From: Squalus acanthias
Lineage: Eukaryota
DNA: 64,000 nt
Direction of reading: 5' to 3'
Assembly (NCBI GenBank): GCA_030390025.1
Contig: CM059431.1
Location: 114,826,001 to 114,890,000, forward strand
Below the pieces are notes generated by a model. It had not been told where the DNA came from and ran no database searches. It saw only the letters and a program-made list of their open reading frames with translations. Shown here in pieces: positions 38,111-51,365 of this stretch. The translations under genes were made by a program, and so were the position numbers. Positions within the stretch are counted from its first letter, which is position 1. Every line of letters starts with the position of its first letter.

Positions 38111-40449
38111 GCGACACTGACTTTGGGGAATGGTGAGGGTGTTTTTAATTTTTTGTTTTCTGCTTTTATCACTTAATTTTTGGCATCATTTGATACTTCC
38201 AGCTTCGATGACCCTCCTCCAGATGATAGCAACTTAAGTGCATTGACTGGCATGCTGTTTACACAGCGACCAATGCAATATTCTGGTTAACACCAGCCAT
38301 CAAGTTCGCCAACTTCTAGTACCATTAAGGGTTAAACATTGTTGAAAAATACAGCCTAGCCTTCACCGTGGCAGAGAAGCATGACTGGTATCTGAAATGC
38401 ATGTTGTCCTAGCATGACTCTCATTCTGCTCCATCTGGCCAAAGTTCACAGCCTGTACTTACTTGGACAGGCTTTAGCATATGCCCCAATTGTAACAGGA
38501 GATTTTTTTTAAAAGAAGCACTATTGACAAGAGGGGTCTTTTTTTATGCCAGTTATTCCATAAGGTGCACCCACAAACCTGATAGCCGGACGCCACTGCA
38601 AGCTTTTTATTGGCCATTATCAAGCACCCCTCTAGGCAACACCTCATCCATGGATGCCACCACATGATTCTTCTGCTTCAGTATTGTCAAATTTCACTAA
38701 TAACACTGAACTGTGCACCCACCCTACTGCATTGAAGGCATCAGTCTGATAGTTCTGGCGAGGACTGTCCGACCATTGTGTGGTAGCAAACAGTGCTGGA
38801 TGGAGATTCACCTGGTGCTGCATGAAATGCTTGGGCAGTAGCTCCAATAGTGTGGATTAGGGTGCATTGTATGAGGGATTTTGCTGGCCCACACTTTTGC
38901 CATTTTCTCAATCCGCACCATGGGACAAAGATTTGATACCACTGACTTTGATGACAAATGTTACTGATAAAAGAAAAAGCCATCTATTAACATCAATGTA
39001 CCACACTACCATGTGGGCTCCTATTGAGCACCTAGGTGACCCTAAGCTGGGTTTGAAATGTTGGTCCCGTTTGGAATCCTATAGCCTATGGGTAGTTCCC
39101 ATGGAGATTTTTCACTCTTACTGTGGGGTTTCTATTTTGGGGCTGTAGCGAGATTCCCAAATTCACAATGAGAGATGGTCTAATAAATCTTATAGGCATG
39201 GGGTTACTTGATAATCGATCGTTTTGCATCACTGGGCAGTCTGTCGATTCTGCTCTGAAACCTAGGACGTCAATCTGGAGGCTAAATGCTTTTTTCTATG
39301 GAGGCAATTGTTTCTGTTTGCATTTTCACTGATTGCAGCTTCTATAGAAAATCAGAACAGAGGAAGCAAAGGTGATTCTTTGTAACCTCATTCTGGTGTT
39401 CTAAATGGTGGTTTTTGGATAGTGCCTACCTGACCGTACTTCCCCACAACACAGATCCCCTTTCTCAACTCATAGGTCCTATTCTCACCTTGGGACATTT
39501 TGGTGTTGAACAGTGTCTGTCCCAGTCTGACCTCCACACAACAAAGAACACCTCTCTAAACTTTCAAATTGTAATTTGCATCTCTACCAAGCCAGCATCC
39601 ACTTGACTCTGGAGAGGGGTGTGATTACTAGACAAAGGTCTATCATCAGCTGTTGTACATACTTTGCCTCGTGCAAAGTATCCATGAGCTGAACTTGCAA
39701 TACTTAGCAGAAGAAGTTTGTGCATTGGTTTTCATCTCGGGTTATTAGTTATTTCTTTTGTGGTATACCTTATGTTATTGGATATCTACAACATTTTGTT
39801 AACCTGAGTCTAAAATCCATTCTCTGGTCTTTGACTTTGTGACGGTCATCTAGAAATTAAGTCCCTAAAGGCCACTGCTTGTCTCTAATTTGGACCTCGC
39901 TTTTGTTCAGCATAAATTTGATGCATCATCCTTTCAATTATTTTGGCACTTGTGAATTCAAATATTTGTCATGGAAGCCTGTATTGTTTGTTGCAGTTCA
40001 CCAGATTAGTGAGATGCAAGTATTGGTTGTTTATTGGCCTTATTTGATCTGGGATCTGATAGTGTCCCATTTTCACTTACAGCAAAAAATAGTGATCCTT
40101 CATTTTTATCCACTCCCTCATGAATTGAAGCTGGAATGCCATTTCCACCATGTATATGGTCATAAGAGCATTTGACACTTATATAGACGCTCCCAATTAT
40201 GTTCTGAAAATTGTAAGAAAATTAGTCTTCACGCAGAGACTTGTCAAGCGGCTAGTTGAATATATTCTCTACTGTTATTACCTCGCCAGCAGGAAACCCA
40301 CTTACTCTGTAAAACCCATTCTATGGCTGCTTCCTGGGCATCCTTAACAAAGTGTTCATTAACAGTATCTGCAAAATTACTACTTGGGGCACCTTTACCA
40401 TGCACTAGAGTTTTGACTTGTGTCTCTAAAGGTCCACAATCCGTACCAA

Positions 40450-40680
40450 GAGTGAAACCAAATAGGATATTAGGATGTATAGCTAGGATAATCCAATATA
40501 AAACAAAGAGCACTGTTGTCTCTCTGTAAAAGACCTTGGTTAGGTCTCATCTAGAATGCTGTGTCCAGTTCTGGTCCCGTCAAGTGGTGGGAGATGTGGT
40601 GTGGTTATGTTACTTAGTTGCAACACGGCTGAATGGGACAGATTTGATGGACCAGTTGGTGTTTTTCTGTCTGTCTTTTG
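40450..40680 (+). mobile_element. Old CR1 remnant
   Basis: NRILGCIARIIQYK; LVRSHLECCVQFWS. Confidence 0.65.
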
Positions 40681-42321
40681 TTGTATGTTTGTACCTGTTG
40701 TTGCTGCTGCTTTTGGCAAGGGTCTCCCTCTTCCTTGTGCTAAGTACCATTGATTCAGGCTCCAGCAGTTTTCATAGGATGCTGAATGAGAAAAAGATTC
40801 CCTACCTTGTAGTGTTGTCATCCTTCGAAGAGGTTCTTTCGCACACCGAATTACAAATCAGCCTTCCCTCAAGTCTTGCTAGGAGCGCGCACATCTTATT
40901 CCCTTTTCCAGTATAGTATTGGTTAAAACGATTGGCACTCTGATGCATTTGCAGACCTTATGCATCACTCAGGAGCACAGCACCATGTGGAGCGATGCCG
41001 ACTAATATCTAACATGTCTTAAAGGAAGGTTGTTCATTTTTGTGGTTTCCCCAGAATGTAATACGATCCCAGTTGAATTCCAGCTACTATTGAAATGTTT
41101 TGATCATAAAGATGTATTGCACATTTGTGTTATAGATTGCTACTGGGGAAGAGGTAAAGCGTCTTTAAAAAAAAGTACTTGATTGTTTTTAAACAAAATG
41201 TCAAGTAATACGTGTTCAAGAGGTTATGCCAACTGGAAAGTGACTTACTCATTTGTTTCATTGAAATGATGAAATGTCAAGAGGGCTGCTCGTATTTTAA
41301 GTTGCTATGGTACTATGGTAGAATAGAAATTAATTTTCAGTGTTTTCAATAAGACCATGGATTTAGGCCTTTTAGACCGTACTCAATTTGTCCATTTGGG
41401 GCTCACAGTTTGAAGCTACAGTTGCTTTACTTCTGAGATTGTTCATTTTCTCATTTAGTTTAATGAGATTTTAATGTTATAGTACTCAAAGGGCAGCTTC
41501 TGTAACAAAATAACAATGTAGTACTACTATAAACAGTCTGACGAGCTTTTGTTGCTCCATTTAAATTCAGTGGGATAATGCCCTTTATAATGGTTGTATA
41601 GGAGAGAAAAGTAAGGGGTAAAGGAATTTAAAGGATCCTTAGCAGAAAATGTAAATAAATGCACAACAAAAACCTTACAAGACATTTTGACTTGTGTTGA
41701 ATAGTAACCACAGTGGGGTGGCTGATTAACCTTTTTTCTTTTGATCATTGATGCATGCAGTCTGGTTTCTAGGAAGGAGCAGTACCTGTCCCCTATACCA
41801 TCAGTCCTGTCCTCCAGCTGCCTTTTGAGATTTCTCACATCATGCAGAGTCAAACCATCATAGCATAGCCATTAACAGGAAGAGTTGAAATTCTGCTTTC
41901 AGGTTCATTTAGCCATGTTGAACTCTGCTGGGAACTGAATGCTGGAGTGTCTAGTTTGAAAAGTAAAAGACTTTAATGAGTTTGAGGCCTTTATGGGACT
42001 GGTATCCTTGGCAGTGATTAGCAGCGGGGGTGCTTAAGGTCAAAAGCTCTTCTTTCAGGAGGTCATCGTAACATCCCACTCTGATACGATTAAACTAATA
42101 TGGATGTGGTGTTAATATCTAGAACAGTGGGATGCTGTATTCTTGTGTCAGAGATTTGATTTTGTTAGTGGCTGTATCGTGGCATTGTGTAAGCAGTGAC
42201 AACAAGGTAAAGCAAGCAAACTGACTGCTCATTCAATAACAAAACAAAAGGAGTAACAGATTATAGAGAATCAAGTGCGTAGACCCTGATTATGGATCAA
42301 TGATCATATGATAACAAGATA

Positions 42322-42528
42322 GGGTAAATTTTCCAAATCCCATGCAGCCAGCAGGGCTTGGCACACAGCCAACTCATATTAGAAAATCGTGGGCACACTG
42401 CTCATGATTTTCTATGCATTGAAGTCATTGGACAGAAAGCTGATGGCAGCACGCCTTCAATTTTACAAAATGTGTTGGCTGCATGCAAGGCCCTTCCAGC
42501 AGCGTGGGACCGTGGAAAATTTGCATCC
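42322..42528. mobile_element. Short MITE
   Basis: Ends gggtaaattttcca / tggaaaatttgcatcc with ATA on both sides. Confidence 0.5.
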
Positions 42529-43177
42529 ATAAACCAAGTTTTACCTGAGAGGATTGTTTTTATATCTTCATTGGAGTACATTCGTTGTAGCTAGTCTCCT
42601 CTGGTTTGATATTCAGGAAAAAGTACTGACAAAGTAAACATAGACTATAAAATTAAATTTTGTCTCATATTTAATGGGAGGCATAATATCAAATATAAAA
42701 CTCTTGTTGTAAAATCATAGGATCATGTTTTAACTATCCTCTGTTTACAGATGCAGGATATTGGCTTTGTATAGGTTTTAAGTACCTTTACTATAGAATA
42801 CTACATGTTTGTCCAAAGCAGTGAAATCCTGTTTCAGACCATTGTTCTGTTTTCCCTTCATGCTTACTGCCAATTCAAAACCTGTCTGAACTTGAATTTA
42901 CAACATCTTTTCCTAAGATAGCAAAAAGTGCCAAGCAATTTTTTCCCCCAAATGGTGAAGCCAAATGAAAACTGAGAAAACCCATTGCACACTCCCACCA
43001 TCCAACACGCCACCAAACCACTTAATTAAACGCTTTCACAAATAAAAATATGATCATTCAAAATTGCAGTACCATGTCTATTTCGCACAATATGCTGTAA
43101 CTTATTAAAAAGGATAGAAAAAACTTCATTGTTGTACAAGTATGATTATTTTGTAACCTTGTATTTTTCTCTTTCAG

Positions 43178-43244
43178 TTTTCTGATTATTTCAATGGCTA
43201 TTTCAACGGTCAGTATTGGCTTTGGTGGATATTCCTTGTTCTTG
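43178..43244 (+). CDS. NDFIP2: NDFIP2 coding exon 6
   Basis: Acceptor tttttctctttcag|TTT and donor CTTG|gtgagc. 67 nt, phase 0 to 1. FSDYFNGYFNGQYWLWWIFLVL. Confidence 0.97.
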
Positions 43245-44780
43245 GTGAGCTGATCTTTTTTTCACAATCTATTTGTTCATAAGTGAGGAAAGTGTTTTCT
43301 GAAAGGATGTATGTACCTTGCATAAATTACATGATGCATATTTTATGCGATGGCATTTTTTTTTTCTTAACTGCACATTTTATAATTTCACTCAACTGCT
43401 TGGTATATTTTCTGTGAGTAATTTTCCACTTGGTTCAAATGCATAAGTTGAAAATATGTTTCATGTTTATTTTTGCGTACTTGGATCTGAATTCTTTTAA
43501 GGGTGGGAACTTTTGTGTTTTTATCTGAAAAAAATACTCTGAATTCAGAAATCAGAGTCCTGTTTTTTTGTTGTTGCAGATTATGGTGTGTTTTATCATC
43601 TCTGTAATAGTTGTGTTCAAGAAATTCCAGATACAAAGCCCTGTGGCATCAGTGTTCCACTGGAATTTATTTATTTACTTGTTCTTTTCTCTCTCTCTTT
43701 CCCTTTTTCCCTCCCAGAATGGGAAAGAGAATTCAAAATGTTCCAGTTGCAATGTTTGTAATAAGAAGCATCTTTGTAATTTTTAAAAATGTTTATCCAT
43801 TGTTACCCGGCCACCTGACCAGTGGGAATCGTTTCCCAGCCTTATGGTATTACCAGCCTATCTATTACCATGAAGTTATGCTATTTGACAACAAATTGCA
43901 GTTTTCACTAGTCTAAAAATTGTCAGTTATTAATTTTATATCTTCAGTTCTCTGGCAATTTATGTTATCATATTTTTGATGGATCCTGGAAGTAGAGGTT
44001 AGTGTATTTCATCTAATTTTGCATCCTGTACATAGAACCAAATTCTAAAAAGTTAACTAGTACATCAACATACTTGTTTAATTTTTGGTTCAAAAGGTAA
44101 TTCTAAGCAAAGGAGATTCAGGTAATTAGCAGAGCCAGTTTGTGTATCAACTTGCAATTCAGTGAAGAAAATTTAGAATTCTCCAGAGGTGCCTTTCATT
44201 CAAGCTGGGCATTAAACCAAAGGGGCCATTTTCTGAGGCTTCGCTGCTGATGTAGAGCTTCACTAGATGAAAGTGCAAGTTGCAGAATTGGCCCTGCGGT
44301 GTTATAGTCATATCGAAGAGTGGCAATCCCGTCCACATAGGTTCCATGGCAGGAGACGAGCCTTGCAAAATTACCTTGGAAAAGAGGTCCTTCTGTAGTA
44401 AATCATGAAATGTACAGGACAATATTGTCCATCATGTTCATTTTAAACAGTTTCAGAATGATGGAAACTATATTGCCTTTGGTTACAATTTGTTGTAGTA
44501 AGGCATGGGAAGTCTTTATGGTGATTGATCATAGTTTGACCATTTTCTGCTAGCTGTTTTTGTTCTCCTGTTCCCTAGCTATTTAACGCAAAGCAGTGGA
44601 CCTCTTAATGCTGTCAATGTATTTTCTATTGTCGGGATGTAATCCAGCACTAAATCTTTTGAAATATAATTTAGTGTTTTCTCAGATTGGATTTAAAAAA
44701 GAAATGAAAAGACTTCCCTTTTTTATAAAAATGAGAAGTCGCACAACACCAGGTTATAGTCCAACAGTTTTATTTAAAAT

Positions 44781-44815
44781 TACAAGCTTTCGGAGCTCTG
44801 CTCCTTCTTCAGGTA
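44781..44815 (-). ncRNA. Minimal type I hammerhead ribozyme motif (mirror copy)
   Basis: Same motif on the minus strand, with CUU instead of CUC at the predicted cleavage triplet. Confidence 0.65.
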
Positions 44816-44842
44816 CAGGTATAGTATACCTCACTATACCTG

Positions 44843-44877
44843 TACCTGAAGAAGGAGCAGAGCTCCGAAAGCTCGTA
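44843..44877 (+). ncRNA. Minimal type I hammerhead ribozyme motif
   Basis: UAC-CUGAAGA-A-GGAGC(AGA)GCUCC-GAAA-GCUC-GUA: core, 5-bp stem II, self-complementary AGCU in place of stem III, and a 3-bp stem I. Confidence 0.7.
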
Positions 44878-46446
44878 ATTTTAAATAAAACTGTTGGACT
44901 ATAACCTGGTGTTGTGCGACTTCTCATTTTTGTCCACCCCAGTCCAACACCGGCATCTCCGCATCATTCCCTTTTTTATGTCATTGTGTGTAACGGGTAT
45001 GTAATTGCATAAGTATTTATGCTTGAACATTGAGGTTTTGTATAGTCCCTCCCCATTATCCACAGGAGAGAATTTCTTGATTTTTATGAATATAAACACA
45101 GTATAATTGAAGTTTAGTGTATGCACATGTATTGTAGAATGGTTTGAAGCAATAATTTATGCCAATTAATTAATTAATGCAGGGCATTTAATCGCAATAT
45201 TTTTTTAAAGTGCCTGATTCATGGGCCTTAACTCTAGAATGGTAGTTTTCCATTTTAGGTCACATTTTGGTCTCCCAGCTGGAGGGTAGCTGTTCATGGG
45301 CGTACACAGCAAGTGGCTCCCATTTATAGAAACATGGATTGGTAATCTTTCCTGTCCCAGAGGTACAATGTAATTTAACAAAGAAATAATTTGTTTCAAA
45401 TCCCACCCAGTATTGAATGTTACTCACCAAATGTAGTCCTTTCAGAGCTTTTCCCAGTAAAGAGTTAATCTAAATTTTCTATCGCTATTCATATTAAACC
45501 GTAAGTTTTTCTCATCATTATAATGTTAGATGAGGATTATAGAGTCAGCTGACACAGAGCAAGGATTTTGCAGAGGAATTTCTTCTGCATATAAGTCCCT
45601 AACCTGCAAAGAGAGGATCAGATAACATCCTAAATACTTGATGTATTTTCTTGAAACATATTCTGATGTATTTATTCTTTCTTGTATTAATATATAGAAT
45701 ATCAAAAACTACTTTAGTTTAAAAAATAATTCTCCCCCCTAAGCTTGTGGTTAAACCTCTGAAGGAGGCATGAATATGATGTTGATGCAAAGCATGGAGT
45801 ATAAGGAAACTGAGTTTGCATAACACTACTGTTCCTTTTCTGTTTTCTTTTTACAACATACTACTGTATAAGAAAACAAATAAAAAATCTGTATATGCTG
45901 GAACTCTGAATGAAATTAAAATTAATTAAATGAAAACCGATGTTTTCAGATTACTGCACTCCCCTGAAATTCTTGCTGCCTTGTTTTAAGTAGGAAACAC
46001 GAAAGACAAGAATTTAGTTGCAACAAGAAGTGTTTATATATACCAACAAAGCTACAACATACAATTGCGATTTCTTGGGCAGTAAGTGCATATTCGTCAT
46101 CAATTGTGATCCTCCACACTGGAGCTGAGCTAGGCTGAATCAGTGTTTTGAGGAAATCATATAGTGGACGATGCCACTACTCATTGAAATTTGGTGGCAC
46201 CAATCCATGTGTTAGCCTCTCTCCCATTGTATAAAAGGATTGAGCATGTGTCCGGGCAACAGCTTGTTTTTTTCCTCAACATTCTCCAATACTGCATAGC
46301 CCAGCCCCTGTGTTTCTGAGTCTAACATTTGTATTGCCACTTATTCACTTGTTCTATTTGACAAACACTTTTTACAGGTGACACCTGTGCCAAATTGATA
46401 ACTAGACTATTCACTTATAAACTGGCTTGGCAATGATATGTGAGAA

Positions 46447-46600
46447 CAAAAATAAAAAAAACACAATGCTGGAAATATATAGCTGCTATGTTGGCATCTG
46501 AAAAGAGAAAAAACAGGTTAGCATATCAGATGCAGACAATTCACCAGTTTGCATTTTCTGTTCTTATTTCAGATTCCAAACATCTGTAGTTTTTTTATTT
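46447..46600. mobile_element. Decayed Penelope pseudo-LTR ends
   Basis: aatgctggaaat...gcatctg..aagagaaaa.acaggtta resembles 23570-23640 and is followed by the opposite-orientation gcattttctgttcttatttcagatt. Confidence 0.55.
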
Positions 46601-46724
46601 ATGTGACAGTACTTTGGGTCGACTTGTCAGTGTACAAAGAAACTCCATTAAACAACTGTACTTTAGTTATTTCCGTTCTACCTTGTGTAATCTGAGGGAT
46701 TGTGTAATTTTAAAAAAGAACCCT

Positions 46725-48207
46725 TTTAGAGTCATAACGGCACAGAAGGAGGCCATTCGGTCCATCAAGTCCGTGCCAGCTCTCTGTAGAGCAATCCAGT
46801 CAGTGCCATTCCCCCACTGTATTCCTGTAGCCCTGCAAGTTTATTTCCCTCAAGTGCCTATCCAGTCTCCCCTTGAAAACAATGAGTGTGTCCACTTCCA
46901 CCACTTCCGTCGGCAGCGAGTTCCAGGTCCTCGCTGCATAAAAAAGTTTTTCCTCACATCCCCCCTGTATCTCTTGCCCAAAACCTTAAACCTGTGTCCC
47001 CTAGCCCTTGTACCATCAACTAGTGGGAACAGCCATTCCCCGTCTAGCATATCCAACCCGTCATAATCTTGTACACCTCTATCAAATCACCCCTCAACCT
47101 CCTTTGCTCTAATGAAAACAAATCCAGCTTCTCCAACCTGACCTTGTAGCTAAGATCCCCCCATCCCCAGAACCATTCTGGTAAATCTCCTCTGCACCCT
47201 CTCAAGTGCCTTCACATCCTTCCTAAAGTATGGTGACCAGAACTGGACGCAATACTCCAGTTGTGGCCTCACCAGCGCTTTATAAAGGTTCAGCATAACT
47301 TCGCTACTTTTGTACTCAATACCTCTATTTATGAAGCCCAAGATCCCATATGCTTTGCTAACCATTCTCTCAATATGTTCTGCCACCTTCAGGGACCTAT
47401 GCACATTAACTCCCAGGTCCTTCTGTCCCTGCACACTCTTTAAAACTGTGCCTTTAAGTGTATATTGCCTCTCCTTGTTCCTTCTGCCAAAATGCATCAC
47501 CTCACACTTCTCTGTATTAAATTCCATCTGCCACTTGTCTGCCCATTCTGCTAGCCTTTCTATGTCCCGTTGCAGTCGCTTGGTATCATCACTGTTTGCC
47601 ACACCCCCAAGTTTGGTGTCATCGGCAAATTTAGAAATTTACTCTGTATTCCAATATCCAGGTCATATATATCAAAAAAAGCAGTGGCCCCAGCACTGAC
47701 CCTTGGGGAACACCACTGTCTACCATCCTCCAGTCTGAAAAACAGCCATTTACTACAACTCGCTGTTTTCTGTCCTTAAGCCAATTCCTTATCCAAGCTG
47801 CCACTGGCCCACCTATTCCATGAGCCTCAATTTCGTTAACCAGCCTTCTGTGTGGTACTTTGTCAAACGCCTTCTGAAAATCCATGTAGACAACATCCAT
47901 TGCATTCCCTTCATCGATTCTCCCTGTTACTTCATCAAAAAACTCAATTAGATTAGTCAAACATGATCTGCCGTGTTGGCTCTCCTTAATTAGCTTAAAC
48001 TTCTAAGTGCCCGTTAATTTTTTCCTTGATTATTGTTTCTAAAACTTTACCCACCACTGATGTTAAACTAGGATTGTCCTTACACCCTTTCTTGAACAAT
48101 GGTGTCACATTTGCCACTTTCCAATCCTCAGGCACCTCCCCCACATCTATGGAAGATTGGAAAATTATGGCAAGCCCTTCCCCCAATCCAATTAGCAACC
48201 TGGGTGT
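46725..48207 (-). mobile_element. CR1 LINE (RT and 3' end)
   Basis: [72 protein letters not shown]. Confidence 0.95.
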
Positions 48208-48359
48208 GAATGTTTTTGTCAGAACGCTCCTCTGAAGCGCCCTTGGGGCATTTTGCAATGTGAAAGGCGCTGTGTAAATGCAAGTTGTTGTTGAATCCCC
48301 CAACCACTGGTGTACCAGGCGCTATAGAAATGCAAGTCTGCCCGTCCCAGGCCTCAACA

Positions 48360-48620
48360 GTCCCCTCCCCCCCCCCCCCCAAACCGGCAGCAGCGGCACA
48401 GGAAGCTGCAGAGCACCAGCGGGAAGCTGGGGTCGCGGTACTCGAGCTCGGTGTGGTTGGGCCCGCTCTTCCCGGGCTCGGCCCTGCCCTGCAGCAGGTG
48501 GCCCAGCAACACGCCCGACATCCTCCTCCTGGCCGCTACGCTCGCTGGCGCTTCCCCTCAGGCCGCCATTAGGATCGCTGGCGGGCCCGGCCCGACAACC
48601 GCCATCGCTCGCCCGAACAC
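48360..48620 (-). other. CpG-rich fragment resembling the 5'UTR and first coding exon of an unrelated gene
   Basis: ATG at 48521 gives MSGVLLGHLLQGRAEPGKSGPNHTELEYRDPSFPLVLCSFL..., with mostly G/C third codon positions, ending at CCG|gtttgg followed by a G-run. Confidence 0.5.
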
Positions 48621-49659
48621 TTCTGTTGATGTAATAATCTTACACTTATCAGATTTTCACCAGGCGCTTTCTGTGACTGGGATCTTTTAAATCCCATGCT
48701 TGGTACCATTGTTTCACTATTTTTCGTCTTTTTATTGGCTGTAAAGCACTTTGGGATGTCCTGAGAGAGTGAAAGGTGCTGTATAAATGCAATTTCTTTC
48801 CTCTTTTAACTGCTAAACACAGTAGTTGACATTAACTGTTTGTGTTGCCCCAAGTAGCAGTCATCTTTTCTGCAAAATAAAGTAGAAGAACTGCTCAGAT
48901 ACATAAATGGGAGGATAATGGACTGCGCAAAAGCTCCAAAGTAGAGAGTTGCCTGGTTTCCTGGACCTGCTTTACTTTTCAGTATCCTAAACTCTTAAAG
49001 CAGGAATATCCATACCTTTTGCAGTAGTCGGCAGGATCCTTGTGATGCAACCAGTGAGTGGGCTAACTCTGATTAAGTGTGCATTTACATTGTAACTTAA
49101 TGTGGGTTTGAAACAGAAACCGCATTGCCTCAGTGCTATAGTTGTACCATAAATGCACCGTAAATTGCTCCCTCCATCTTCACTTAAGTCGCTGCTTTTA
49201 CTTCTGTATCTTTCTCGCTGTCCCCCTTCACTATCACTTTGGTTTCTCTTCATTTCAATCTCTCGTTACCTTCCCTTCTATGTCTTTTTCCATCTCTCTG
49301 CGTTAACTAGTTACTACTCCTTTTCTGTTTTTTTACCTTTATCTTTTTACATCCATAACTCTGGGTGTGGAGCAGCATTAGGGCACAGGTTGGAGACACT
49401 GGTGGCTAGTAGAAGCAACAGAATGATTCAGGTGAGGAGGTAGGCTAGAGGTAGTCACTGTGGGGCATGAAGGGAAGGGATGTCAGTAACACTGCAGTGC
49501 ACTGGGGCAAGGATACGAAGATCCCTTGGTTGGTGGCTGACTGTATAGGGTGAGTGCTGGCAACCTCAATCAGTTGCTCCAAGATGGGCTATCCTTTTGC
49601 TCTGATACCTAATACAGTGCTACAAACAAATAGAAAAGTCCCTTTTGAGCAGTACTCAA

Positions 49660-51365
49660 AGTAGTAAAGACACCTGGTCTGGATAGGATGCATCCTAGGT
49701 TGCTGAAGGATGTATGGGTGGAAATAGCCACAATCTTTCAATCCTCCTCGGATATGGGTGTGGTGCCAGATGATTGCAAATGTTAAACTCCTGTTCAAAA
49801 AAAAAAGGGGATAGGGATAACTACAGGCCAGTCAGCCTAATGTCGGTGGTTAGGAAACTTTTAGAAACCATAATCCAGGACAAAATTAATTGTCACTTGG
49901 ATAGACATGGGTTAATAAGGATTTATTAAAGGCAAATCGTGTCTGACAAACTTGATTGAGTTCCTCGATGAAGTAACGTAGAGGGTTGATGAGGATAGGG
50001 CGGTTTCAAAAGACGTTTGATAAAGTGCCACATAATAGACTTGTCAGCAAAATTGAAGCCCATGGGATTAAAGGGGCAGTAGCAGCTTGGATACGTAATT
50101 GGCTAAGAGACAGAAAGCAGAGATTAGTGTTGAGCGGTTGTTTTTCAGACCGGAGGAACGTATTCAGTGGTGTTCCCCAAATGTCGGTATTAGGACTTCT
50201 CTTTTTGATAGGCATTATTGACCTGGACTTGGGTATACGGGGCATAATTTCAAAGTTTGCATTTTGGCACAAAACTCAAAGGATAAGGATAATAGCAGAC
50301 TTCAGGAGTACATAGACAAACTGGTGAAATTGGTAGATGAAATTTAATGCAGAGAAGTGTGAAGTGATGCATTTTGGAGGGAAGAATGTGGAGAGACAAT
50401 ATAAACTAAATGGTACAATTTTAAAGGAGGTGCAAGAACAGAGAGACCTGGGGTGGGGGTGGGGGGGTCACATACACAAATCTTTGAAGGTAGTAGGACA
50501 AGTTGAGAAGGCTGTTTAAAAAAGCATATTGGATCCTTGGTTTTATAAATAGAGGCATAGAATACAAAAGCAAGGAAGTTATGCTAAACCTTTATAAATC
50601 ACTGGTTAGGCCTCAGTTGGTAGGAAGAATGAAGGCAATATGAACTAAATGGTACAATATTAAAGGGGATGCAGGAACAGAGAAACCTGGGGGTATATGT
50701 ACACAAATCTTTGAAGGTGGCAGCACAAGTTAAGAAGGCTGTTAAAAAATCATATGGGATCCTTGGTTTTATTAACAGAGGAATAGAGTACAAAAGCAAG
50801 GAATTTATGCTAAACCTTTAAGACACTGGTTAGGTCTCAGTTGGAGTATTGTGTCCAATTCTGGGCACCACACTTTAGGAAGCTTGTCAAGACCGTGGCG
50901 AGGGTGCAGAGAAGATTTACTAAACTGATGCCAGGGACTTCAGTTATATGGAGAGACGAGACAAGCTGGGATTGTTCTCCTTGGAGCAGAGAAGGTTAAG
51001 GAGAGATTTAGTAGAGGAGTTCAAAATTATGAAAGGTTTTGATAGAGTAAATAAGGAGAAACTGTTCCCACTGGCAGGAGGGTCGGTAACCAGAGGACAC
51101 AGATTGAAGGAAATTGGTAAAAGAACCAGAGGGGAGATGAGAATTTTTTTTATGCAGAGAGTTATGATCTGGAATACACTGCCTGAAAGGATGGTGAAAG
51201 CAGATTCGATAGTAACTTTCAAAAAAGAATTGGATACATACTGTACTTGAAAAGGAAAGTTTGCATGGCTATGGGAAAAGAGCAGGGGTGTGGGACTAAT
51301 TGGACAGCTCTTCAAAGAGCCACAGCATAGACATGATGGACTGAGTGTGCGGTATGATTCTATGA
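49660..51365 (+). mobile_element. CR1 LINE, decayed, with a repeated internal segment
   Basis: FQKTFDKVPHNRL..GVPQMSVLG; MKFNAEKCEVMHFG; LGLFSLEQRRLRRDL; tail atgattctatga. Confidence 0.92.

Larger units (their letters stand above)
44727..44966. mobile_element. Palindromic non-coding Penelope-type insertion (inverted pseudo-LTR pair)
   Basis: 99-bp arms at 44727-44825 and 44833-44931 with one mismatch; 13-bp TSD ttcccttttttat (44714-26 and 44967-79). Confidence 0.85.

Noticed and set aside
38320..39000. piggyBac-like end (agggttaa) and coding-looking minus-strand peptides
   Set aside because: No matching second terminus and no recognisable transposase motif.
43560..43620. Acceptor-like ttgttgcag after exon 6
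   Set aside because: No NDFIP2-like coding sequence follows and no supporting donor was identified.
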